Shown here one piece after another: positions 51,601 to 64,000 of a stretch of 64,000 bases of DNA. Under the pieces are notes generated by a model. The model was given only the letters and a program-made list of their open reading frames with translations. It did not search any database and was not told the origin of the DNA. The stretch spans positions 70,434,001-70,498,000 of the forward strand of contig NC_045696.1 in NCBI RefSeq assembly GCF_009834535.1, in the 5' to 3' direction. Both the position numbers and the translations under genes were made by a program. The stretch is from Camelus ferus (lineage: Eukaryota). The first letter of the stretch is position 1; each line of letters starts with the position of its first letter.

Positions 51601-52904
51601 TGCTCATTCCCATATATCCAGTCCTTGGAGGTGGCGGCATATGATGACTACTCGGTAACTTTTAGATTGAGAATTCAAATAATTGCAACCAATAAGAGTA
51701 AATAAAACTATTTTTCATATATTTTTTCTTCAAATCAAGTTGCTCCACAAGACCATGAAGCTAAAGTTTCAGCTTTCCACATATATCCCAGGTTAAAAAT
51801 GCCACAATGATCTATGCCAACTGAACAAAAACCTAAGTAAGTATGCCAATCTGCCTGAAAAATACTTTAAATGTCTTAAGTACAGGTAGCAAAGACAATG
51901 TCTACAATTTGTAGGAATTTATAACATAATAAATAATAATGTTCCACAAACTGGTCAGGCAACTAACTGGTCAGACAGAAACGTGCCTTCTGGCAAGAAG
52001 GAATCCAGTAGCTTTGGTCCCTTCAATCTCCATGCTGACCCTGTATGCTGCGCACAGCTGCCAATACTGCTCATACAGGAACAGCCACAATCCCAAACAC
52101 ACTTTTATGAGACACAGACCAAAGTAGACAAGCGCTCCATTCTACCTAACAGCAAAGATTCTGACGTGAAATCAATGTAACAGCAGAGCTAAGGCAGATT
52201 TTCAGGGGATTTGGTCACCTTCCACTTCCCTACTTTGACTAGTAAGTGTCAAAATGCCCTCCTTCAAACCTTAATAGAATTTTTGTTATCTCTCTGATAT
52301 TCATGGGGAAAAAGTGTGTATTGTTTTGAGAGTTCTCCCAAATAGGCAGGAAGAACAGACCTTACAAGCTAATAGAAATAAAAGCCTAATGATTTTAGGG
52401 ATAGAAAAAGTAATTTTACTCTATAACCTGATCAAGTATAAACAGTATCTGGATCATTCTCAAGCTGTATAGACTTCAAATAAAAACTCATAGGGTAGCT
52501 AAAACAATCTTCCTATCACTATGAATAACAGTAAGAAGAATTCTGCAGTTATCTGAAAGTATATTTTCTTCCTAATGCCTTCATCTCTCCTTGTCTGTAA
52601 AATGTACTACTGATCCTACTAGCGGGGATTGCCTTGCTGTGGCCCAAGCAGACGAGAGACTGGAAAGATGCAGGTACCTCAGCGTAATACCTCAGCTGGT
52701 GTGCTTCCAGGCTTGGGTGAGAAACCTCACACCATTCTTTCCCCCAAATGATAGATGGAATTGGAAGGGACAGAAGAGAGGCAGTTCTGTGACTCCACCA
52801 CAGAGACATTCTTTAATCAGAAATAGTTTTTGAACTGATGCTGGGTCAGACTACTATAAATCTATTATGAAATCCACATATAATTCTGAATATAAAGACA
52901 GCAA

Positions 52905-55770
52905 AGACTTTTGGTTTCTGGCCTAGCATGTTAAGAGCTTGAAAGTTATCACTTCCATCCTCACAGGAAAAAAGCTGAACAAACTAAAAACCGACAGCTC
53001 TTCTTGGCTCCATCTGAGAATTGAGGTCACAAAGCAAACTGCCACCCCTCAGATTAGAGAGAGATGGTCAGGCAGATACAAAGGATCAGAGTTAACTGGA
53101 GCAGAAGCCCAGGAGCAGAACCACTGCTACTGGAGCCAGTAGTGGGGTCAGAAAACTTAAACTGTAATTGACAAAATGCTGGACGATCAGTGTCGATGAA
53201 CTTGAGAGAAAAAAACTCCAGAGGGGCCATGTCTTGGTGGGGAGTTTCCACAATTTCATGAGTTTTATCTCCAGGAGGCCTACCAGGTTCTCACTGTGAA
53301 GATCGGAGAAAAACCCCAACACCTTTCAGCAGTGGGGAGAGGAAAAGTGGCCACTGTGAAATACACCCAGAGCATTCTGTTCTTAACGAGGCCTGATGTA
53401 GGGACTGAAATATGCGCCCCCAAATTCATGTGTTGAAGTCCAAACTGCTGGTACCTCACAAGGTGACCTTATTTGGAAATAGGGTCTCTGAAAATGTAAT
53501 TAAGTTAGGACGAGGGACTCCAATCCAATATGACCAGTGTCCTTAAAAGAAGGGGAAATTTGGACACAAACATACATACAGGGAGATTGTCAGGTGAAGA
53601 TGAAGGCTGAAAACTGCGTGATGCTTCTACAGCCTAACGAGTGACAAAGATTGCCAGCAAACGACCAGAAGCTAGAGGACAGGACTGGAACAGATTCTTT
53701 CTCACAGTTCTCAGAAGGAGCCAAACCTGCCAACACTTGATCTCGGACTTCTGGCCTCCAAAACTGAGACAATAAATTTCTGTTGTTTAAGTCACACAGC
53801 TTGTGGTGCTTTGCTAAGGCAGCACTACCAATCCAGTACATCTGTCCTCAATGGAAACTATTTCACCAGAGCCAAACCAAGTGCAGCTTTACTAGAGCCT
53901 AGACAAGCTGAGAAATACCCGATTCCAGCCTGCGCCAGCCTCCCACATGGGGGAAGGGAAATACTTAACTCTAGCCACTCCACCAGTCCGTGTGTAGGAA
54001 GGGCAATGCCCAGTTCTAGCCCCCTCCAGCCTTCCTGTCTCACTTAAACAAGGGCAGGGAAGTACTTGGGAAGGTCACATCTCAGGGGCACAGGCTCACT
54101 AAAGGACCAAAAGCTAATCAAAGGGCTACAGAATGCTTCCCCACCACCACCACACCTCACTACCACATCAGCAGTGCTCCTTTGTAACAACAGAATGCAA
54201 TGAAGAACTACATATCTCAGGCCTTACTTTAGAAGTCTTTACGGAAACTCAAAGACAATCAGGGCAACAAAAATGACACATGAGGAAATTTCAGCCTCAA
54301 ACTCCTACAGCTATAGCAAACAGTAAACAGACCAACTCCTTGACAGATAAACATAAAATATCACACCAAAGGCCTATTTACCTCAGTTCCTTTTACATTC
54401 TACATCATGTCTAGCCGTCAATAAAGAAATTACAAGACACACTAAAATATAAGAAAATACAGTTTGAAGAGACTAGCAAGCATCAGAACTGGGCTTAAAT
54501 ATGGCAGAGATGTTGGAATTACCAAACAGAAATTTAAAACAACTATGATTAATATGCTAAGTGCTCTAAAGGCAAAGTGACAACATGTAAGAACAGATGA
54601 GTAAAGTAAGCAGAGAAATGGAGACTCAAAGAATCAAAAGGAAATGCTAGAAATCAACACACTAAAAGGAAAGAAGAAAGTCTTTGATGGGCTCATCAAT
54701 AGTCTGGACACAGTTGAGGAAGGAATCACTGAGCTTCAAGATACATCAGTAGAAACTTTCAAAACTGAAATACAAAGAGAAAAAAGACTTGGGGGGGGGA
54801 ACAAAACAGAACAGAATACCCAATAACTGTGGGACAAATACACACAGCATAACATACACCTAGTGGTAATACCATAAGGAGAAGAAAGAGAAAAGGGAAC
54901 AGAAGAAATATCCTGAGAATTTCCTCAAATTAATGAGCCAATACCAAACCACAGATCCAGGAAGATCAGACAATATCATGCAGGAAAAACAGCAAAAAAA
55001 TCTACACTTAGGCATGTTCAAACTGCAGAAAATCAAAGACAAAGTCTTGAAAAGCCAGAAGGAGAGGAAAAAACACTTACCTAAAGAGGAACGAGGATAA
55101 GAATAGCATTAGACTTCTCTCCGTGAATGCGAGAAGAGAGTGGAGTGAAATATTTAAAATGTGGAAAGAAAAAACTATCAAACTAGACTTCAGTATCCAG
55201 CAAAATTATCTCTCAAAAGTGAAGAAGTACCTCCTCAGACAAACAAAAATTAAGACAATATGTTGTCAGTTGTCTTACCTTTCAAGAAATGTTAGAAAAT
55301 CTTTGAAAAGAAGGAAAATTATACAGGTCAGAAATTTGGATCCACATAAAAGGAAGAGCATTAGAAAAGCAATAAATGAAGGGAAAATAAAATCATTTAT
55401 TTTTATGATTCTTCACTGATCTAACACAATTTGTTCAAAAGAATAATGAAGTATTCAGTGATTATAGCTTATGAGTAAGTGAAATGAATGACAGCAATAT
55501 TATAAGGGTCAAGAGGGAGGAATCAGAAATCCTCTGTTTTAAGGTACTTGTACTAACCATGAAGTACTAGTGTTATTTGTAATTGGACTCGAATTAGTTA
55601 TAAATGTGCACTGCAAATTGAGAAGCAATCAGTAGAAAAAGGAAAAAAAAAGTATAATTGATATACTAAGAGAAAATATATAAAATGCTCAATTAAAATC
55701 AGAGAATGCAGAAAAAAGTAGAAAACAAACAAAAACAAAAACCAAGGGCAATGAATTAAAAACAGTAACG
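52905..55770 (+). mobile_element. Old L1 5' UTR/ORF1 region
   Basis: ORF1-like peptides (FDGLINSLDTVEEGITELQD; MNARREWSEIFK). Confidence 0.8.
53397..53840 (+). mobile_element. MLT1C-like MaLR solo LTR nested in L1
   Basis: TG...CA ends, CCCCCAAATTCATGTGTTGAAGTCC, GACCTTATTTGGAAATAGGGTC, and AATAAATTTCTGTTGTTTAAG. Confidence 0.88.
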
Positions 55771-58700
55771 TAAATAGAACAGACGAAAGGGTAGGATTTT
55801 GTAAAAGCTACCAAGTACCTTAATATGTCTCTTTTTCATTGTAAATAAAAAACATGGGTATCTGGGAAGATTTCTTTAAATATAAATGAAACAAAATTTT
55901 TGAAACTTTAGTATGTAGCACTCATATGCCAGTTTTCATTGTTTCAGAAGTTTTAAAAGCAAGGAGCAGACCCTTCCAAACTACTAATAATTGCCCTCAT
56001 TTTTTTAATTAACTTAAGCAAATCTATGGCGGCAATGAATATGGTGAACATTAAATCTATCTACATCTCACCACATCATCTGATTATCATTCAATCATAC
56101 ACATAGATAGTATGTGTGCATACCATGTGACATTCTGTATTTTTCCAGCTTAGCATTATTTTTACATTCACATTTTTGCCGATTTGGTATTCAATTATGC
56201 TCATATACCTTAGCATTTATATAGTCATCTTCCCCATCCACTTTCTTAAGCAGCTTTTTCTCTATGTAAATGCTAATATGGATATTTCAATATTAACTAC
56301 TTTTTTCTTTCATAGTAGTTCCTTAAAATATATTTCCCAAAATGGAGTCACTGGATCAAAGCACATGCACAACCTCAGAGCTCTTAATACATACAGCTAA
56401 AACTGATCTCAGGAAAACAAGGTAGACTAAGAAGGAGAAACACATACTCCAAGGGCGGGCAGAATGACCATGTGTAGTGTACCCCATGAACAAACAGTTC
56501 AGTACTACTGAGGAATGAAGGGGAAAAGAGAAATGCAGAATGGAAGAAAATGAAGATGGATAGATATGCTTGAATCAGATCAAGAAGGGCCTTGTACATC
56601 ATGAGGAGTTTGGATTTTACTCTGGATAATGGGACTGAAAGAACTGAGAAAAGGAAGGGGAACATTATCATTATTTGCCTTTTTGAAAATGGAAGGGAAG
56701 AATTAGGAAGGCTGGTTAGGAAACTAGCAAGAGAGACCAGGAGAGAGATGCTGAGTGCCCGACCAGGGCAGTGGGGGTGGACAAGAGAAGGACGCACCTG
56801 TAAGAGAGATCCAAGAGGTAGATTATGATGACTGGTTCTGCATAGTGCAGCTGAGCAGGTGCAGTGAAATGGGTAAAGGAAAGTTAAAAATTCATCATCA
56901 CACTCGATTTCACTAAAGACACTTATACTACAAATGCCTCTGAAGGCAGGGTCTTATCTTATTCACCATTTCATCTCCCATGCCTGTCACAGTGCTCAGT
57001 ATGCTGTAGTTACTCAGTAAACTGTTAAATGAAATAAATGGGTGGGTAATGCCATTTGCTAAGAGAGAAAATAAAGGAGAAGGAACAGGTTTAGACTGAA
57101 AAAAAGTGAGCATAATTTTAAGCCATTTCAATGTCTTGCACATTACTTAGCAGATCGCCATCTCATTATAAAGAACTACTGAATTAAGGAACAAAGAAAT
57201 AAATGCAAGTAAGTTTCTGTCTGTCTATCTATCTGAAAGGAAATTAGGCAATGATGATGTGTTAGGATTTAGAAGGCTGAATTTGAGCTATTGGCAAAAA
57301 TACCAACCAAAGATATGGTATCTGATGGTGAGCCGGGCCAAGCTGACAGGCACTCACAGAAGCAGGAATGTATTTTTATGTGTCAAAGTTCATGAGCATA
57401 TAAAATGTTCTATTTTTTAACTTTGAAATATGCTATTTCAACACTGTGTCAATATCTTAAAATGTCCCTTCAAAACTATCCACAGAAACACTGATAGATT
57501 CAACTTAAATCCAATATATAACCATTTCCATAGTCTATGTTTTGCTCCTTGGCAAAAACACTCATTTCCGTAGCAATGTTCAATTTTTACTTTATTTTGA
57601 TTAAAGACTCAGAAATACAATGCGACATTTTATGTGTTTTCTTTTTCTACAAGAAAATCGTACCGTATATTTCAGGGACCTCCAGGACATTGTTAACAAA
57701 GGCTAAATCGACATTACCAAAAAAATCGTACTGAGGAAAATATTGTGAATATAAATTTACTTGCACATTCTCTTTATTCCTTACGAAGCTCATGGCCCCA
57801 CAAAAACCATCAGTGTCCTTTTGTATTATTCTCCTAGCATTCCTGCTGCACAAAGGACCTGCATCTGGATGTAAATGCAGCAGGAGAACTCCTGTGAGAA
57901 TTCTTGGCTGGCAGGAATGCACACGGGGGTGGGGGCGGGGCAGGGCTTTAGGAAGCAGCTGTCCCAAAGAGGGAATTGGAAGAGGATGCAAATCCTTTCT
58001 CTCCCAAGCTGCTGGCCTCAATTCAGGCAAATAATTTGCTTCTAGGAGATTAACCTCCCTCCCTTTAAAACTATCTAATCTTTCTACAGACAGATGCCAC
58101 CAATATCTTTGTAGGTCAATTAATTTTACTGAAGACATTATTTAGATAGCAAAGATAAAGAAATGGGTAAAGAAAATAGAGATACGTACATAAGAATTCA
58201 ACTCGATTATTTGTTCCCTTAAAAATGCTGTAGACAAAATAAAAAGCTAACAACTCAATAAATACAAGTAAATGTTAAATCAAATATTCATAAACTATAT
58301 ATACACAGTAATAAGAATCCTACTAACTCAGATTTTAAAGGAAGAGGGAAAAAGTAGTATTTTGATATGACACATATAAATAGTCACCACCCCAAAATAA
58401 CTGTTTTCTTTAATTTTCTCTACTTCCAGAATATAGCTATAGAAGCTTCATGGGAGGCAAAACCCGGATGTTAAAAAAAAATTCTACTGCTTAAGAAGAA
58501 CAGAAAAGGAAGAATCAAAGGCAAAAATATTCTGAAGTGGTCTGCCAGGGAAAACTGCCAGGCAGGACAGTCTACCCATTCTTGAAAATCTTTTACCCCT
58601 TAACATCTTTTTCTATATTCCCCTTGTTTCCCACTTCAGTTTTCCCAGTACCTGAAAAGACTCTAATCCTTTTCTTCAGATTAGCCAACAAGAACACTCA

Positions 58701-59164
58701 AGAAGTGTGATGGGAAATCATTTAGAGACTAATGCAAAGTAGTCCACACTCCCTGCTTTCTCCTTACCCAATTGGTATTGGAAAAGGGTTTTTTCATTGT
58801 ACTCATATATTACCTGAATATTCCCACTTGTAAAAGTGTCACATGACAGAAATTGACAAGCAACTAGAAAGAGTTTTGACTGCAGCATGGAAGAAGGTAA
58901 TTTTGGATTTTAAAAATCTACCTAGGAACAATACCATACATCTGAGTGCACTTATAAAGTGGAGAGCTCGAAGACTGTGTGCATCCTGTACCCCTTGAAA
59001 GAAGGGGACAGAGTGGGAGGTGGCAGAGTTCAAAGGGCACCAAAGACAAACTTTCTATAATTCAAAACTTTGTCTAAGGCAGGTTCGGGAAGCAACTCCT
59101 AACTCCCTCTGCATTCAACCTTCTTAACCTTGTTCCTCTCCCTTAATCCAGAATTCAATGTATT

Positions 59165-59635
59165 ATTAGTGACATGCTACTCCAAAATTTGGTACCTTGG
59201 CATACTGAGTATCTTAAGCTAAAGGAATTTGAGAAATAGTGGATGCAAGAAAGACTCTGACCTCTCTCTTTTTCTATGAAGCAGATCACAAGACCACCTT
59301 ATGAGAGGTGCTCTGTCTATTCCTGGAGGCTTTCCTCATCTCTGAAGATGGAGGGACAGTGAGAGGAATCCAAACAAACAGTTCTTGTTAAGTTTCCCCA
59401 GTTTATTTTCCTTAGCTCATATCCTTCAGTCCTACCATATCTGCCCATGACTTTCTACTCTTCATCAAACCTAGCATAAAACAATCAGGTCTAACTGCTT
59501 CTTTGGTTCTTCATTCCTTTATGAAGGCTCCCGTGTCAAGTAAAACTTAATACTAAAAAATTTGTATGCTGCTTTCTTCTTACTCTATCTAGAACCTAGA
59601 AGGGTAGAAAGAAAAATTTTTCCCCTCCCCTTACT
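59165..59635 (+). mobile_element. MER34-family ERV1 LTR
   Basis: CATGCTACTCCAAAATTTGG...GGAATTTGAGAAA...; TGAAGGCTCCCGTGTCAAGTAAAACTT; ends TTCCCCTCCCCTTAC. Confidence 0.7.
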
Positions 59636-59938
59636 AGTATTACGTTTACACTGCAGGTTAAACAGCTTTTATGGATTAGTCTGAGATACTATCATTGAAA
59701 TACTGTTTATACAAAAATGATTGCATTGAAATGTCAAACATCAAATTGAAAAATAAATTTACAGCATAATCAAAATGATGCCTGTGGCCTATATAAGACA
59801 TAAAGGAAGAGGACAAAGTATGATGGATTCTGGATTAGGACTCTCAGAGCAGAGCACGAGGTCTTTGACATCTTGGAGGTGATGGTAACTTCTTTCTAAT
59901 AGTGGAACTAAAGTTACCATCTTGTTAATTCAAGGTTC

Positions 59939-60409
59939 TGTTAAAGAAAACATGATCTGTGATACTTGTTTAATCAGTAATGCAGACTTTATTCGGACTG
60001 TCATGATAGGCACAGGGAATACTACAACGGGGTGCTGCAGTAAGGGGGAGAGATTGGGCTCAACTCTGAATATGAGGAAAAGTAGAGATTTACAGCCATG
60101 GAGGTGGGGGGCAGTCTGTGAATGGACAGTTACTAAGAGGGTAGGTTAATTCTTTGCTAAACTGACCTAACAGAGTTCCTGCTAAAGGCAGGCCAGGGTG
60201 ATCAGATATCACCTGCGGGCTGGTGAGGGATGATAAACTTGGACAGAAACCAAGGGTGATCAGCCATGAGTATGAGGATTCTAACTAAACTGACTTAGTA
60301 GGATTCTTGCTAAAACTAAACTATAAAACTGGGAATAAATGCCCAAGGTCACACCTAGTGGGCTCAGAGGAGTCTGACTAAAGTTTGGTCAAAGGGAGAA
60401 TCTCTGTCA
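59939..60409 (-). mobile_element. MER31-family ERV1 solo LTR
   Basis: The reverse complement starts TGACAGAGATTCTCCCTTTGACCAAACTTTAGTCAGACTCCTCTGAGCCC. TG...CA ends, flanked by GTTC/GCTC. Confidence 0.8.
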
Positions 60410-61764
60410 GCTCTTAATTTCTCTAGGCTAAAGTAAAGCCAGCGATTTGGCTATTGTCAAAAGTGAAAACATTCTAGGTCATGTTGCTTTTTGGAAGAGG
60501 GAAAAGGAAGGACTGCAGATGTACTACTTCTTTCTGAAGAAGCTAAGAGGGCCCTGCAGCTGAACTGATATGACAGGTAGGAATAACGTAAGACAAGTTA
60601 ACTTAGAGTTAATTATCCTGGGTTGTGGTTAACTTGGGGAGATAAAATATACCGAGTAAATGTAAAATTATTTGTGGTTTGCTAGGGAATAAAACAACTT
60701 TCACTGTACTCTTAAAGGATCTTACTGATACCACCTTTCCAATCTAGGTACAGGGAATAACAGAGCAGGACTCTGCATGGAAGACCTCTGATACTCTTGT
60801 GATTTGCCACTTTTATCACTGTGAAGTTTAAGGTAGTGACTGTAATATAAGAGCGAATGATAATATTGATATTTATATAATGCTTGTTTTTAAAATTAAT
60901 ATAATGAAGATTTGGTCACCATTGTCTTCTATACTTTGCTACATGTGAGAAAAGGTCAAGTTCAAAGCTGTCCTTCCAGCTTGAGTCTCTCCAGGTAGGA
61001 TATTTAGGGAAAAAGAACTTGGTTAAAATAAATTATCCTGGGGAAAAGGAATTAGGCCCTAAGAGAATGGTTCTGACACTGGAGGAAACAAGAGAGGAAC
61101 AGAAGGAATTTTACCATGGGAAGAAAAGTGCACAGGCTCCCGAAAAAGGACTGGGCACCTCCTTCCTCTTCTACCCATCTCAATCCTCCCCAGCTCCCCA
61201 ACCCTTCTCTCACCGCTTCCCCCAGCTCCCCACTAACCCCCTCCCCGCTCTCTTCCTTCCCTCCTACCCCTAATCCCAACTCCAAGATATCTCCATCAGT
61301 TAATTCTAGGGCCCAAACTGAATCTGAGGGACGTACAAATGATTCATAGAAATAAAAAAAGATGTCTAGCTTCAGTAATATTCTGAGAACAGGGAATTAA
61401 AACACAGATACTTTGGAAAGGAGTTGAACTGGGGTGCAGGAAAGTATATATATAGTCAGACTGCTTTTCTCAACATCAGCATAAACACATCTGTATGACT
61501 CTAAATTTAAATGAAGCATAGTCTGCTTAAGGTTTAAATGACTGAAATTTCAAAAAACTATTACAATCCACAAAATTCTTGGTATTTCAGTATTTAAAAC
61601 AACACAAGATACTAGAAGAACCTAAACTTTATATTTTTATAGTATTATAATTGCTAAAGTAAGTTTATGACTGTTTTCAATGGCTAGTTACATTATGACA
61701 CAACTTAAAAACTTGTACATCTGATGTGAAAGCTATGCCATCCTGGAATATTACACTTAAGCCC

Positions 61765-61900
61765 GTGATGCTTAACTCTCAGTGTACATCAAAAAATATC
61801 TCCATCCACAATGATTCCATGGGGTTGGGCCCAGGCAACCATATTTTTAAAAGTTTCTTAGGTGATTCTGATACACAATTCTGGTCAAGAAAAACTGTCT
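61765..61900. mobile_element. MER5-like MITE fragment
   Basis: GGGTTGGGCCCAGGCAACCATATTTTTAAAAGTTTCTTAGGTGATTCTGATACACA. Confidence 0.6.
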
Positions 61901-62532
61901 CATAGGATATTAAATACTATAGTCACCTCCTAGTGTACTCTACTTCATCACAGGAAGACGTGAAGATCTCACATACTGGGTTGCTCTACTTACAAATCCA
62001 TTACTAATTTCATCATCTCCTTGGATTAGTACCACAGTAGCACTTAAAAAAACATTTAAACTTTCCTTCTCACACCTCCAGGAAATTTATTTAAAACTAA
62101 ACACTTCAAATGAGTTTAAAAGGTAGTAAATTTAGAAGTGGGCTGTGAACTAGGTGTTTGCTTTGAAAAGTAAAGCTATCAATCTACAGCATGGAATAAG
62201 GAATAAGAAGGAGTGAAGCTAGCCACAGGCAGGGGAAGCCAGATGGTCACCAAATTTCTTCCTGAAACACGTCCTCATGGCATGCCTCCACTATTTTATT
62301 TCCACTGACAGCTCATCATGTATGCTCATGTTCAAATGAAAAGTACTCCCTCAAGATGAAATCAGTTTTCTGAACACATATTTGGAATAATCTCAGTAAC
62401 TGTTACTCCTGCTAAAATTAAAAATCAAGAGCTGACTGTACTATTTGGATATCATGGGCCAGTTTCTTAACCTCAGTTTATTTCCTTTGATATCTCATCT
62501 ATGTATCATAAAAAGCAATTTTATTAACATAC

Positions 62533-62579
62533 CTTGGATCAAGAAGACTCCTCAAAAATTTGAAAAGCAAAACCTGGTT
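62533..62579 (-). CDS. VPS8: VPS8 coding exon, 47 nt (NQVLLFKFLRSLLDP+ag), phase 0-2
   Basis: Acceptor ttttctattcag|AAC and donor AG|gtatgt. Frame joins the next exon to give ...DPREGIH... Confidence 0.93.
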
Positions 62580-64000
62580 CTGAATAGAAAAACAATAAAA
62601 AATACAATTAAATATTAAAACAAATTCTTCAAACTATGCTATGGTAAAGAACAACTCTAGAATATCCCTTTTAAAAGCACACATGCGTATGATTATTTCC
62701 ATTATGCTCTCTGTACAGATCTAAGAAATTCTCAATAATCATTTGGAGGTCATTTCCTCTCAGTAATTCTAATCACTGTCACATATTCAATTTTAAGTGC
62801 AGAAGAAATACAAACACCTTATTATTGCGGGGGTCAGGGTGGAAGAAAGCTCTCCACTGAGACACATTCCTTAATGGTTCCCAGCATGAGGACCCTTGGA
62901 ATGGCAGGTGCTCTGAACTGCTCTGGCTGCACCAATGGGTTTACAGTGCCTCACCTAGTCCTTCTTGTGACAAAGGCCTACTATGAGATAGTAAATCTAG
63001 TTGGGGTGGGAGGTTAAGGCCCAAATAACAAACATCACCTAAAAAGCTTATTAACTCCCCAATATAATCAATTACAGAAGAGACAACAAACTGCAACAGG
63101 TCAGCAATTAACATGCCATAAAATCTGTTTCTTCCACTTTACTACACGAATATTAATATTTCTAAGTTCATAGGAAAGCTAAGCAAAAATTATTATAGTT
63201 TAATTTTCCTTTTTTCTTTATTTTTTTGACACATTCAAACTTTACCTATAAAAAACAGGGGACCTCAAAACCGGAAAGGATTAACATTTAGAATGTAACA
63301 TTTTAAATACATTTATCAGTCTTTGATTATTTATCTTTTCCCTGGCCTATCAAGTTCTATTTTTACATAACTTTCCTTCTGGTTATAATGTAATATTCTG
63401 GCTTATTTTTCACTTGAAGAATTCTGAAAACAATTGTTCAGAGGCATATTTCTTGCCATCAAAAGTAAAGGCACTTTATAAAATTTGTGTGGGATTCTCA
63501 TATAATCAATAAAGCTCTGCAATAAATACTTAATTTCTTTAAAAGAAATGCATAAGACTCTACAAAGAGTCCACAGTCACAGAGCCAAAAATTTTTGTCT
63601 GTTTTAAATCCACAACACTTCCAGCTTTTATATATCTGTCTAATGAATGACATTATATTCATTTAAATGACCTCTCTGTCTCTAAATATTTTTAAAGATT
63701 ATAGGAAAAAGAAAATCGTGCAATGGATAACCTTACATTTTAAACAATAATAACACTAGAGTTGAGAAGATTCATCAGAACCGCTGATTTTTAAAGGAGT
63801 GGGGAAGCTTTGTGGGTTGAGAGCAGTTTTAGCAGAAACGTCCTCCTGTCCCCACCTCACTAGAATGGACCCCTCAGGATCCTGGGCAGTGAGTGCTCTA
63901 CCATCATTCAAGTCACACTATTCTTCACTTATCTTTTGGCTTATCTGTCTTCTTCCATGAGCACAGGGGTACATTTATAGTTAAGCCTTAAACAACACAG

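Larger units (their letters stand above)
1..64000 (-). other. VPS8: VPS8 gene body (partial; window lies within the 3' half of the gene)
   Basis: Ten GT-AG exons at 17257-62579 splice in frame to 338 codons matching the mammalian VPS8 C-terminal region as I recall it. No start exon, and no downstream VKMSPSY...-type terminal exons, were found in the window. Confidence 0.93.

Noticed and set aside
52549..52833. Paired opposite-strand ORFs or a cryptic exon
   Set aside because: No homology recognised, no convincing acceptor-donor pair, and not needed for the VPS8 frame.
57647..58138. Longest ORF in the track (163 aa, minus strand)
   Set aside because: No recognisable domain, and the VPS8 exons on either side join perfectly without it. 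Consistent with a chance ORF in a locally GC-richer patch.
1..64000. A novel multi-gene system, CRISPR array or prokaryote-style operon
   Set aside because: The sequence is accounted for by VPS8 exons, common mammalian repeats and AT-rich intron. I saw no regularly spaced repeat-spacer array and no second credible gene.

Overview
Mammalian intron-dominated genomic DNA, most likely camelid. The evidence is two tRNA-derived vic-1-like SINEs and cetartiodactyl-type L1 3' ends, with no Alu, Bov-A/BovB or PRE-1 recognised. The whole window lies inside VPS8 (CORVET tethering complex subunit) on the minus strand. Ten consecutive GT-AG coding exons (62579 to 17257; 47, 148, 90, 43, 104, 82, 83, 81, 170 and 166 nt) join in frame into 1014 nt / 338 codons, from NQVLLFKFLRSLLDPR to KKGRITPSQ. 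They encode the late alpha-solenoid region and the C-terminal RING-H2 finger. No start or stop exon was found, so the gene extends past both edges. The introns are filled with L1, L2, MIR, Tigger/MER DNA transposons, MaLR/ERV LTRs and microsatellites. Repeat family names are from recalled consensus sequences, not a search. I found no convincing novel biological system. The best second-look items are a candidate intronic-polyadenylation last exon right after the RING exon, two unusually similar L1MB copies flanking a 43-nt exon, a tiny twin-primed L1, a four-level repeat nest and a SINE with a ~300-nt purine tail.
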